DNA of 62,361 bases, the filler included, from Chiloscyllium plagiosum (Eukaryota), in NCBI RefSeq assembly GCF_004010195.1. It is 3 parts of one record of this genome, joined end to end, with 100 filler letters (N's around TTAATTAATTAA, not from the genome) between each part and the next. Parts side by side here need not be neighbours in the genome. Positions count along the whole stretch, not along the records: positions 1 to 29,065 come from NC_057713.1; positions 29,166 to 58,583 come from NC_057713.1; 1 more part is not named here. The stretch is one strand, 5' to 3'. A program made the position numbers and the translations under genes. The notes beneath the pieces were generated by a model. The model did not search any database, was not told where the DNA came from, and saw only the letters and a list, made by a program, of their open reading frames with translations. How positions within the stretch are numbered: position 1 is the stretch's first letter; each line of letters starts with the position of its first letter. This document shows positions 24,806 through 36,619 of the stretch, piece after piece.

Positions 24806-27800
24806 TGGATGCACATTTTCAATTCCCTGCTGTACTGGAAATGAAAGGAAATATGAGACAAAATTGGAGTCTTTACATTTTTGCTGACAAAACAATAACA
24901 TAGTTACAAAAAACTTGAACCATTGAGGTCCTGTTATTGGTGCTGGGGAAAAGATTCTACAAGCTACACTGCAATTTAGATCTAATCCTCCTGAACCTGA
25001 TTTTAGCATTATCTGTGTCTGGTAAATGTACAACATTAAAGCTCAAAGGGAGAAAGATATTATTGACCAGTTTGTGACTTGGGTGATACATCTAGCTTAA
25101 TTCTGTAAACTTTGGCAAGTGAAAGGTAATGTCATGAGAGAAATGATTGTCCTAGATATACAAGGTCTGATTGTGAGAGTTCTTTTGCTGAAAGAAGAGA
25201 AACTTATGTTCAAGAAAGCTATCAACATGTGCAAAAGGGTTATGTTTGTGAATAATCAGCTACAGTGCATTCTGGAAGAACAGTGAGGCATTGCATTATG
25301 CTGAGATACATTCCGGACTCTCTCAAAATGGTGGCACAATTGGTGGTTCTAACGCAAATGTTGGTGAAGCAGAGAGGAGGAGTGAAGGCATTGGTGTTGT
25401 TGGTGAGCTGGCTCCGGTCAGGACTCATGGAGGAGGAATGAAGATAGACTCTCTTTCAGTTTTTTTTTAATTCTTAAAATATTTAAAATGGCAATAGATT
25501 GTGGTGATGGTTGAAGCTTTTCATTGTATTTTATTGTATTATTCACTGTAAAATACAAGTGATAATAAATTATTCAATTCAGTTCAGTAATGACAGTAAC
25601 ATATTGGAAAAAAGCAAGAAACATTTGTAGCAAAATGTTCAATGCTGGAAGGCAGGGTATAAATATTACGCAGGACATCATATAAAAGAAAATTAAACAT
25701 GTCCAGCATGAGGAAGACACAGCTCTGATCTGGGTAAATCACCACAAGTTACCTTTAACTGGGCTACTTATTAAGAAATCTCACAGATAATCAAGTTTAA
25801 ATTTACTAAGTATAGTAACCGAAATAAGATCCCTGAAGTAAGCAAATTAAGCCTCACAACTTAACTTGACTATTACCCAATTAATGGTGGCATTTAGCCA
25901 TAATTCTACCAACAGTATCTGTCTCTGGATGAGTCCAAGATATGATCTTTGTGCAGTGTTGTTCTTCAAAGTTCTGCTGCTGAATTATTCAGGTGTTGTA
26001 TCCTTGTATAGTTTTCTCTCTTTCAAGTTTGATGTGACATTATTGATGATTCTTTAGATTCTTTCATTCCAACAATGATTGCACATTTGGACAACTCAAG
26101 TCTGTAACTTGCCTTATCAGGTACAGTTCCTCTGTACCTTGTTACATTTGGTATTAGCTGTCTGAAGCAGCCTGTCCTGCAATTAGTACATTTGCTTCAG
26201 GCAGGCATTACCTCTGCAGGCATTCTTAATTGCCCACTTGTCAAGAGGCAACAACTTATCAAGCAGTGTTACCTCCTCTCTCCCTGGAAACAGCTTGTTT
26301 ATGTCGCTTTGACTCCTTTTCTCCAGAGATGGTTAATAAGCATGTTGTTTTTAATTCCTTGATAGCAGTTTCTCCTTGTCCTTTTCATTCTCAGAAAACA
26401 CTTTATTCCAGAAACAGTTCTTGCTGATTCTTTCAATCCATGAAGTTGTTAAAGTTCTGAAGTTTATATTGTCACAGCTCCAACTGAATCAGTTTCCAAG
26501 CAAGGGATGAGCTAGAAAGAATCAAAATAAGCCTTTAAAAATGTCTACTGGAGAAATGGGAGTTCTGATGATTTATACAATCTACACCATAAAACAGGGT
26601 GGCAACGTCAAGTCTAAAGGTGATGTGTAATTTCTGACTTTTGGAAAAATTGCTCCTGAAGGGGAACATCAAGTAAATGTGAAATATCACATAGATATTG
26701 GCTCCTTATGCTTTGCAGATATTTGTGTCAGCATTTTAACAAAATAAATTGGATTTGAATATAGGACGAATGGTTAGGAAGTTTGCAGATGACACCAAAA
26801 CTGGTGGTGCTGTGGACAGTAAAGAAAGTTATCTCAGGATGCAACAGGATTTGATCAGTTGGGGCTAAGGATTGGCAGATGGAGTTTTATTTAGATAAAT
26901 GTGAGTTGTTGTATTTTGGTAAGGCAAATCTGCATAGGACTTAGACACTTAATGGTAGGGTCCTAAAGAGTGTTGCTGAAGAAAAAGACCTTTGGGTGCA
27001 GGTTTATAGTTCCTTGAAGTGAAGTGAAGAAGACATTTGGTACACTTGCCTTTATTGGTCAGTGCATTGAAAATAGGAGCTGGAATGTCATGTTACAGCT
27101 CTACATTGGTTAGGCGACTTTTGGAATCTTGCGCACAATTCTGGGCTCCCTGCTGTAGGAAATATGTTGTTGAATCTGAAAGGGTGCCGAAAAGATTTAC
27201 AAGGCTGTTGCCTGAGTTGGAGGGTTTGAACTGCAGGGACAGGCAGAACAAGCTGAGTCTGTTTTCTCTGGAGCGTTAGAGGTTGAAGGATGACCTTATA
27301 AAGTTTATAAAATCATGAGGGGCATGAATAGGGTGAATTGTCAAAGTCTTTTTCCCAGAATAGGGGTGTCCAAAACTAGAGGGCTTAGGGTTAAGGTGAG
27401 AGGGCAAAGATTTAAAAGGGACCTAAGGGGTAGTGCGTGTATGGATTGTGCTGCAAGAAGAAGTGGTGGAGGCTGGTACAATTACATTTAAAAGACATCT
27501 GGATAGATACATGAATGTGAATGGTTTACAGGGATATGGGCCAAATGCTGGCAACTAGATTGATTGAGGATATCTGGTCAGCATGGATGAGCTGGACCAA
27601 ACAGTCTGTTTCCAATCTGTACAGATCTACGATTACCTGTCTGGGAGAGACAAAGTGACAGTCTAACTACAAACGATTCAAAGCATCTTCCTCAACCGTT
27701 TCTACCTGCTTCGAAACAACTGCAAAGGTGTTTATTTTGTTTGCGTGATATCATCTGGTTGTGACATGCATACCATGGAAGCAGATCTGCATTGCTAATC

Positions 27801-28830
27801 TGCTGTCAAGAGCTTCACTCCCTTTGAAGAAAGTTGAGGATGTTAAGGCAGTGTGTGAAACCTTTCAGATTCAATAAAACGTAATAATAGCTCAACAGGT
27901 CTGGAGGTCACGAACTCATTTGAGACACTGAATCTGAAAGCGACGTATCTTGCTCAAATCATGTAAATGACGCAGAATGTAAATTTCAAGTGCTACAGAA
28001 ATAGTGATGAAAGGATGATCTTTCAAAGAACATGCACTTAGAGGTACAAGGGAGTGTTGGGCATACAGAGATGAAGTGATTACCCAAGATGATACCTTGC
28101 AGAAAGGAGAGATGATCATCATTCCTAAGGAGACATAAAGCGACCAGGAAACAGATGTAAAAGTGTACACATTCAAGCCATCTTGCAGCTTATTCTACTC
28201 TGAGGAAGGCAAGGAAAGTGCTCTACTAGCCAAAATTTGAACAATGAGATCAAGGATCACATCAAATACCATATGAAGCAAGCTAAAGAGCTACTTGAAG
28301 CTGGCAGTAGACCTCATCTATCTATTTAGAACTGATTGTCTTCTCAACGTTGACTACTATTCTGGTATCTTGTTGTTGAATCAATCCGGATGGAATTTCA
28401 AACTTTTTGATAAGTGACAATTGCCTTCAAGTCACAAGTGAAGAATTCAGCTGATTCATCAAGCAGTTGGAAATTCAATACTATACATCATCGCATGCAT
28501 ATACTATTTCCCGTCAAATGGAAAGGCTGAGGTGACAATAAAAATCAACAAAGGGATCATGAAGAATTGAGCATATCCAGCACAGACTTATACAAGGCAT
28601 TTCTTGAGTAATGAAATACACCTATTGAAAGCATGGAACGTAGTCCAATCCAAAGGCTAATGTCACACTGCATTCAAGCAGCTTTTATAATAGTAAAATA
28701 CATTACTGAACTTCTCAATAAAAAATAAAGTAGCAAGAGGTGTGAGTGACAAAGTCAAGGTGAAACAATAGAAAACAAAATTTCACTTTGATAAAATTGC
28801 TGAGAAATTGCCTGAGCTGAATAGTCAGAG
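24806..28830 (+). mobile_element. Heavily decayed Gypsy (Mag-like) LTR retrotransposon internal region, fragmented by later insertions
   Basis: gag FPAVLEMKGNMRQNW and QREKDIIDQFVT..MIVLDI..KAINMCK (24806-25238); Zn-knuckle remnant KYYAGHH..TCPA*GR (~25658-25717); protease VKYHIDIGSLC (~26679-26711); RNase H end IANLLSRA; integrase CWAYRDE, HSSHL, VDYYS, SDN, SNGKAE, NTPIE..SPIQRLMS (27643-28830). Confidence 0.85.
26745..27635 (+). mobile_element. HER1/CR1 3' fragment nested in the Gypsy remnant
   Basis: KFADDTK, AQFWAP and 3' UTR homologous to 9880-10770. Confidence 0.9.
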
Positions 28831-28871
28831 TGCAAATATTCTATGATTACAATAAAAGCCACGATGTGGAG

Positions 28872-29065
28872 ATAGAACATAGAACATAGAAGAATACAGC
28901 GCAGTACAGGCCCTTCGGCCCTCGATGTTGCGCCAATCCAAGCCCACCTAACCTACACTAGCCCACTATCCTCCATATGCCTATCCAATGCCCGCTTAAA
29001 TGCCCATAATGAGGGAGAGTCCACCACGGCTACTGGCAGGGCATTCCATGAACTCACAACTCGTT
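28872..29065 (-). mobile_element. Young CR1 3' end with (TATGTTC)n tail running into the gap
   Basis: ATAGAAC repeats, GGCCCTTCGGCCC, minus-strand WNALP; CpGs retained. Confidence 0.8.
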
Positions 29066-29165
29066 NNNNNNNNNNNNNNNNNNNNNNNNNNNNNNNNNNN
29101 NNNNNNNNNTTAATTAATTAANNNNNNNNNNNNNNNNNNNNNNNNNNNNNNNNNNNNNNNNNNNN
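29066..29165. other. Artificial scaffold gap spacer (44 N + TTAATTAATTAA + 44 N)
   Basis: Exactly 100 bp, identical to 58584-58683; the 12-mer has stops in all six frames. Confidence 0.97.
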
Positions 29166-29385
29166 TCTCTCTCACACCCCAGCCACCTCAGTCTGCCTGC
29201 TCCCTTTCTCTCACCCCGGCCACCCCAGTCTGCCTGCTCCTCTCTCTCACACCCCAGCCACCTCAGTCGGCCTGCTCCCTTTCTCTTGCCCCAGCCACCT
29301 CAGTCTGCCTGCTCCCTTCCTCTTGCCCCAGCCATCTCAGTCTGCCTGCCCTCTCTCTCATCCCAGCCACAAGACCTGCCTGTTC
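29166..29385. repeat. ~38-40 bp minisatellite (CCCCAGCCACCTCAGTCTGCCTGCTCCCTTTCTCTC)
   Basis: Five to six tandem units next to the gap. Confidence 0.9.
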
Positions 29386-29896
29386 TTGCTGCAATGGCTG
29401 CCAACAATGTCGGGGTCCTCTCTTACCATGGACTTGCATTTCACAGAAAGTAAGTAGATTAGACTATGAGAAAAGTAGTGAATGAAAAGGAGAAAAAGTG
29501 AATGAAATAAAAGTAAAGTGGACAGAGCAGACGAGCTGCATGTGACCAGGAGCTTGCTGTGTTGTGCTGCTACTCCGCCACCATCTTGAGTGTTGGATCT
29601 GCACTCATGACTTAAATGTACAATGACTGCAGAATTCTGAAAAGCAAAGGGATTTAGCTGTTCTGGAGTATAAGTCACAAATGTTACTATGTAGGCATAG
29701 TATGTAATCAAGAAGGTTAATGGGATTCTTCCTTTAGTAGAAGGGAACTGAACCTAAATTTAAGGATGCATTTGTTATATCGAACACTGCTGAGACCATA
29801 TCTTGAATACTGTCTCTAGTTTTGGTCTCCCTATTTAAGGATGGGTATAAATGCATTGAAAGTGGTTAAGAGGAGGTTTTCTAGACAGTTCTGATT

Positions 29897-30035
29897 GTTC
29901 TGAGGAAGGGTCACTGGACTTGAAACATTAACTCAGCTTTCTTTCCACAGATGCTTCCAGACCTGCTGACTTTCTCTAAGCAATTTCTGTTTTTGCTTCA
30001 GATTTCCATCATCCTCAGTTTTTTTGTTTTTTTGT
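29897..30035 (+). mobile_element. Old PLE-derived short element (family C) starting with a hammerhead, inside a CR1 fragment (~29690-30710)
   Basis: gtt-CTGAGGA-a-GGGTC actg GACTT-GAAA-ca-TT-aac, then CCACAGATGCT..GACCTGCTGA..CAGATTTCCA. Confidence 0.7.
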
Positions 30036-31469
30036 CTCAGTTCTTTGTTTTATTTGACTGGACTGATAGGAAACTACATTAGTAGTAGGCTGTGATGGAT
30101 TGCAGAACATTACATAAGGGGATGACAGTGGAAAGGCATTCAACATGCGCTTGAGTGAACTAGAATAAATGTTCATTCCTGTCAGCTGCAAAAGTGAAAT
30201 GGGAAAGGCGGCCAAACTATGGCTATCGAGGAAAATTAGAGATAACATTGGGTCCAGGGAAGAGGCATACAAATTGGGTTTCCTTCTGACCATAGGTTCA
30301 ACAGACTGGGCTTTCTTCCAGCTGAGTTTAGAAGAGAGACTTGAATGAAGTGGATTTGGCCCTGAATAGTCTTGACAAGATGTAACTTTCTTCTTGATGG
30401 GCAGTCCAGAACTAGAGGGCACTGTTTTAAAATTGGGTTTGCTCATTCCAGACAGAAATGAGAAGAATGATTTTTTTTTCCATCTCAGAGGATTATGTGA
30501 CTTTGGAACTCTCTGTCTCAGAAAGTGATGGAAATGAGGTCATTGAATATTTTTAAGACAGAGAGAGAGAGAGAGAGAGACAGGGAGCTGTGAAATCAAT
30601 GGTTATCATTGAAGAATGAAAGTATGGAATTTGAAGCACAGTTGAGCCATGATCTTACACAATGGGCTGAAGCATCTACTTCTGCTCCTGTTTCACATGT
30701 TCGTATGTGTGGTTGTATTTAGCTCTTCCAGTCTGAACTGTAGCTCATTCAGACCAAAGTTTGTCTTTATTCATGAATGGAATGTATGCATGGCTTAATC
30801 TCCATCCTGAAGGGTGGTGCTGAGCAATCTCCTTTCACCTACTGTTTAGGGACAACGACACTGGCGTTTAGAAGGGAGTTCCAGGTTTCCGACCCAGTGG
30901 AAGTAAAGGAGCAGCCACATGGTGCCAAGACAGCATGGTGTGAGGATTGATAGATATTTTTGAGGGTGGTCATGTCTCCAACGTTTTGTTGCAGTTGAAG
31001 ATGTTCAAGCCTAGGACATTATCCTCTGACAGTGATGTCCTGAGGCTGAAGTGATTAATCTTCAAAAGTCATCTGACAAGTAGTCCAACCTTGGAGGCAG
31101 ACCATCCACTACAGACGGAATAGGAATCGATGTAAAGAATAACTTGACCACAGAGTGAAGTTGAAAGAAATATGTAAAGACCTGTAGTTTATGATCCAAA
31201 ATTTGTAACATAAGATTATCTATTTAGTTTGCCTCATTAGTTGCTTGAAGCACCTCATAAACAACTCTTTTGTGTTTAGCATATTTCATCGCCTTTCAGA
31301 TTCCTAGTCAAGGTTATTATTTGCATTTACTGTATTAGCTCTGATTAGTATTAGTGGAAGTCTGGAATCATGTAGCTTATTTACTGTCTCTGTCTAAAGA
31401 AGTGGCAGGATCGTTGAGAAGCAAATTAAAAGGATTTAATGTAATAATAACATGAAGGAGAAAAGAAGA

Positions 31470-31700
31470 AACACTTTTTCACACAGAAGGTGGTGTGTAT
31501 ATGGAATGAGCTGCCAGAAGAAGAGGTAGAGGCGGATATAATTGCCACGTTTAAAAGACACTTGGACAGGTACATGGATTGGAAAGTTTTAGAAGGATAT
31601 GGACTAAACACAAGCAAAAGGGACTAGTTCAGTTGAGGAAATCTAGTTGGCACGGATGAGTTGGGCCAAAGGGCCTGTTTCTGTGCAATATGACTCTGAA
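31470..31700 (+). mobile_element. HER1/CR1 3' end
   Basis: FFTQKVVCIWNELP and 3' UTR. Confidence 0.85.
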
Positions 31701-32233
31701 TCTGTCTCTACCTTGCCAATTGTTAGCCATTTAACCTGCAGATGCAACAATAAATTAACATTTCCCATCTCATTTCATATATCAAAAAATATTCTTTAAT
31801 CCAAGGGATCAACTTTTGATAAAGTTAATTTGTAGAACTTTTGTAGAACTTCCTCCAAGTTGATAGGATTGCTTTTGGCCAAGAATGCTTCATTATTTTT
31901 ACTATGATGCATCCACAATGCTTTGATAATAATGGGTGTGCATCACTGTTCCCCTGTTCCTATCAGTCATTGACTTTTCTGCATCTGTCCAGCTGTCAGT
32001 ACACTGTGACCTGAAGATATCATGTTGATTTATGAGGTTGTCAAGTAAACAGGAAACCAATGGATGTTTGGGTCGGCATCATTTGGCAAAACAAAATGCC
32101 TTCCTATATTGCCACTTCGTAGATGTGCTTTTTGCATAGCAGAAGGTGATCTAAGTATACCAAATCTGTAGATTTGTTCAACTGCAAAGCAAAGTTCATT
32201 AATTGAGTTGGGACATCATTGACCATGTAATTC

Positions 32234-32558
32234 TTTTTTTAAGATTAGATTACTTACATTGTGGAAACAGGCCCTTCGGCCCAACAAGTCCACACCGACC
32301 CTCCGAAGAGCAACCCACCCAGACTCATTCCCCTACATTTACCCCTTCACCTAACACTACGGGCAATTTAGCATGGCCAATTCACCTAACCTGCACATTT
32401 TTGGACTATGGGAGGAAGCTGGAGCACCCGGACGAAACCCACGCAGACACGGGGAGAATGTGCAAACTCCACACAGACAGTCGCCTGAGGCGGGAATTGA
32501 ACCCGGGTCTCTGGCGCTGTGAGGTAGCAGTGCTAACCACTGTGCCACCATGCCATCC
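32234..32558 (-). mobile_element. HE1-type tRNA-derived V-SINE
   Basis: GGTGGCACAGTGGTTAGCAC A box, GGGTTCAATTCCC B box, TGTGTGGAGTTTGCAC core, GGGCCGAAGGGCCTGTTTCC tail shared with HER1/CR1. Confidence 0.92.
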
Positions 32559-32701
32559 GTTAATTGTGACGCCATGTTATTTTTTAATAACGACAATACA
32601 CATGAATAAACATCCACCAAATAACTTTTGGATTTTTTTTAAGAAGAGGGTTTAGTTATTCTGCTATGACACAAGATTTTCGTGACTTTAATACTCAGTG
32701 G

Positions 32702-32841
32702 ACCGAAAAGAACAGCATGCATTGGCTGGCAATCGAACCTGGGCCTCTTGCATGGCAGGTGAAACTGAAACGTTGTTTCCTGCTCCTCGGATGCTGCCTG
32801 ACTTGCTGTGCTTTTCCAGCACCATACCTTTCGACTTGATC
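32702..32841. mobile_element. Chimeric insertion: tRNA-Gly fragment (minus) fused head-to-head to a PLE 3' arm (plus, ~32765-32841)
   Basis: 9-bp direct repeat ACTCAGTGG at 32693-32701 and 32842-32850; the arm matches 36284-36355. Confidence 0.7.
32718..32762 (-). pseudogene. 3' half of tRNA-Gly(GCC), CpG-decayed, without CCA, followed by a trailer containing TTTT
   Basis: Minus strand TCACCTGCCATGCAAGAGGCCCAGGTTCGATTGCCAGCCAATGCA versus vertebrate tRNA-Gly-GCC ..TCGCCTGCCACGCGGGAGGCCCGGGTTCGATTCCCGGCCAATGCA. Confidence 0.85.
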
Positions 32842-34950
32842 ACTCAGTGGTTCATCCAAATGAATCCCAGGTCAATGTATCTTTTTTGTTACATGAATGT
32901 CACTTTTGTCATGACTATGTAATTATGATATAATGTATTCTGTTTAAAAAGCTAATCTATCTCTGCAATGTACACAGAATCTCATAAAATGGCTCCCAGA
33001 AAAGTCGCATGACTACACCAATGGACCTAGCTGGTACTGAAATCAAACTGTACAATTTCAAGGAAAAAAAATCACAAGAGACCCTTTTGAAACTCAATAA
33101 ACATTTCCATGAGTAAACAGACTCCCTGACAATGGTTCCCCTGGAGCTATAGCTATTTATATGTCACTACAACTTGTCAATGAGAACCATCCAAAATAAT
33201 TGTTGAGATAGGTAAAAGTTAATTACCTCAACTAAAAGACAATGGGCAGTCTGTTTGTTATGCACATTGATCAATGGAGCCTGGATGCATAAAATAATAA
33301 AATGAGAGAGAGATTTTGAGCAACTGTTGAAATTGCTTGACACTCTTATGTGGTTATCAAATTTTTCTTCTATGATTTCCCAGCCCGCATCCCATGCATT
33401 TTAGCTTGAGGCTTTTGGTCTGGGCAATCTGTCAATTTCTGATAGGTGGCCACCTGAGTATTTTAGCAGACAAGTGTTGACTGACTGTTGTGCTTGCTTA
33501 TCTCATTGGTGTCCTGTCTGTGCAAGCTTCACTGCGGCATAAGGGTGAATTAATAGTGCCAGCTAAGAGACCCATCACTGGACACAATTCCGATATACCA
33601 ACTGAGGAATTCTTGCATTTTGGTCATTCATCTCATTTTGGTCTGTAGGAACATTATAGAGTTTAAATTGTCTGATGACAGTGATTGTTTTGATATGAGC
33701 AATTAGATGCATAATGCTTTGGAACTATACTGAGAGCTATGATGAAGTTATACAGGACAGATTTTAAAATTTTACATTCTTCTAACATTCTTAATGTGAC
33801 AGGAGCATGATTCAGGGTTTCGTCCTTGGAAGGTCATCTTTGATATGAAAGATGAATGGATGGAAGAGTATTTTTAACAGTGACAAAAGAAGCACATTGT
33901 TCTAATTTGCATTTACATTTGACTAAGCTCTCTACTGCTCAGTTCTAAAACTTACACTTCTCCAAAATGCAATTATTGTTCCTCACAATCTGGCAGTCCA
34001 ATAAAAAAAGAGTCGAAACTACTGTTAAGCAGTTTCTGTGTGAATATTTCACACAGTTCCACTTCTCAATAATTCAATGAAACAATTTCTACTTCATTAA
34101 AATATCAGCAGAGCAGAAAATGTATTATTTGCATGTTAAATGTTCAGATTATTACATCGGGAACTAAAGACTCAACCCTTAATGATGAGCAAAATTGTAG
34201 CCATCAAAACAGTAACACTGACAACCTAACAACTTTGTGCATTCCATTCGATTGTTAGAGAAAATGTGTTCTTTTGGGTCTAAATTTCCTTTAACGAGCT
34301 ACTCATTAAATAAAGTATAGAACACAAAAGTTTTTAAAAAACAGCGACAGCCAGTACTTTTAAATAGAGAAATAGACTATTGACAGGTAATATCATTGAT
34401 ATTTGAGTTACTATGATTATCCCAAGGAGCCAGTGACTGCTTTTTATTCAAAAATACAAAAATTTTTAAATTGTAGATTTCTCTCTACAGGTTAGGTTCA
34501 CAATAATTCCATTACTTTATCTGTGGCCAATATAATATTCTAGTCCACCTTTTGATGGGAATGGTATAGTGGGCTATTGATTTCATGGCTGAAGATGAGC
34601 CAGATTGTATTTACTGATACTGCTTTGTCTGCAGGTGCAGTCTAAAAATACTCAGCTTCGTTGACTTGAAATAGGCAGCCCTGCAGCTATTTATATCAGT
34701 GGTACTCAATGAGCTGACGACAGGAGTATGCTTTACTCAGTTAAAGCTGCCTGCCCTCTTACATTTGAGAAACCAGTGGAAATTAGCATTGAGTTTTAAG
34801 TTTTGGAGAAGGTTACATTGAGTTTCCTTTGTGTGGACTTGTTGGGCCGAAGGGCCTGTTTCCACACTGTAAGTAATCTAATCTAATCTAATCTAATTCT
34901 CTACTCCACTTTCCGATCGACTTTGCATAAAAGTCGACTGTAACCTTATA

Positions 34951-36360
34951 GGCGAAAGTGAGGACTGCAGGTGCTGGAGATCAGAGTTGAGAGATTGGTA
35001 CTGGAAAAGCACAGCCGGTCAGACAGCATCCGAGGAGCAGGAAAATTGACATTTCGGGCAAAGTTCCTTCATCAGGAATGAGCTGGGAGCCTCGGGGGTT
35101 GGAGGGGTTTGGGGCTGGGGGGAAGGTAGCTGAGAGTGCAATAGGTGGATGGAGGTGGGGTAAAGATGATAGGTCAGAGGAAAGGATGGAGCTGATTGCT
35201 GGGATGGAAGATGGACAGATGGGATGCGTCATGCGGATGGTGCTGAGCTGGAAGGTAGGAACTGGGGTAAGGTGGGGGGAGGGGAAATGAGGAAACTGGT
35301 GAAATCCATGGGGTTGGAATGTCCTGAAGCGGAGCATGAGGCATTCTTCCTCCCTCTGCCCTTGAAACACATCCTGCACCTTAGCCCTCAAACACCACCC
35401 CTCCAACTGCAACAAGAACAGAACCCCCGGTTCTCACTTTTCACCCCACCAACCTCATATACATTGCATCATCCATCGCCATTTATGCCACCTACAAATG
35501 GACCCCATCACCAGAGGTATAGTTCCTTCCCAACCCCTGTCCACTTTCCATAAAGATTGTTCCCTCTGTGTCTACCTTGCCAGGTCCACGCCCCCTAACA
35601 ACCCACCTTCTCCTACCGGCACCTTCTCCTGCCACCGCAGGAATGGCCAAACCTGCGCCCACACCTGCCCCCTCACCTCTGTCCAAGGCCCCAAAGGAGC
35701 CTTCCACATCCATCTAAATTTCACCTGCACTTTCACACATGTCATTTACTGTATCCGTTGCTCCCAATGTGGTCCCCTTTACATTGGGGAGATTGGATAC
35801 CTTCTCGCAGAGCACTTTAGAGAACATCTCCGGGACACCTGCATCAATCAAACCCATCGACCCGTGGCCAAACATTTCAACTCCCCCTCGTACTCTGCTG
35901 AGGACATGCAGGTCCTGAGCCTCCTCCATCGCCGCTCCCTTACCACTCAATGCCTAGAGGAAGAACACCTCGTCTTCCACCTTGGGACCCTCCAACCGCA
36001 TGGCATCAATGTGGGATTTCGCCAGTTTACTCATTTCCCCTCCCCCCACCTTACCCCAGTTCCAACCTTCCAGCTCAGCACCATTTTCATGACCCGTCCC
36101 ATCTGTCCATCTTCCTTCCCACCTATCTGCTCCACTCTCCTCTTCAACTTGTCACCCTTACCCCCACCTCTATCCACCTATCATACTCTCAGCTACCTTC
36201 CCGCCAGCCCAACAACTCACACACCCCCATTTATCTCTCCAACCCCGAGGCTCCCAGCCTTATTCCTGATGAAGGACTTTTGCCTGAAACATAGATTTTT
36301 CTGCTCCTCAGATGCTGCCTAACCGGCTGTGCTTTTCCAGCACCACACTCTTGGCTCTAA
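34951..36360 (+). mobile_element. 5'-truncated Penelope-like element (Neptune-like) with GIY-YIG endonuclease remnant and inverted terminal repeat
   Basis: ORF 35498-36322: Cys-motif remnant CHRRNGQTCAH, then VIYCIRCSQCGPLYIGE..HFREH..VAKHFN; 34984-35353 is an inverted copy of ~35957-36358; hammerhead remnants at 36262-36298 (+) and 35043-35080 (-); imperfect TSD TGTAACCTTAT / TGTAATCTTGT. Confidence 0.92.
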
Positions 36361-36619
36361 TGTAATCTTGTCTGTAATGAACACTCTTCAATTTGGGTAG
36401 AGAGCATTGACAAGAATACTTGAGCATTGAATGAGTATTGTGGTCATATTTGTTCCAAGGTTACTTATATAGACTTTCCATTAGTGGTCAGTAGACAATA
36501 TTTAGAAGCAACAGAAATGATTGATTGCCCATAAGTGCAGAAGCTAGGGAATGATGTGGAATGTGCTGATGGCCAGTGGTTTATAATAAGACAGTTTTAA
36601 GAGCATTTAAGAACAATTT

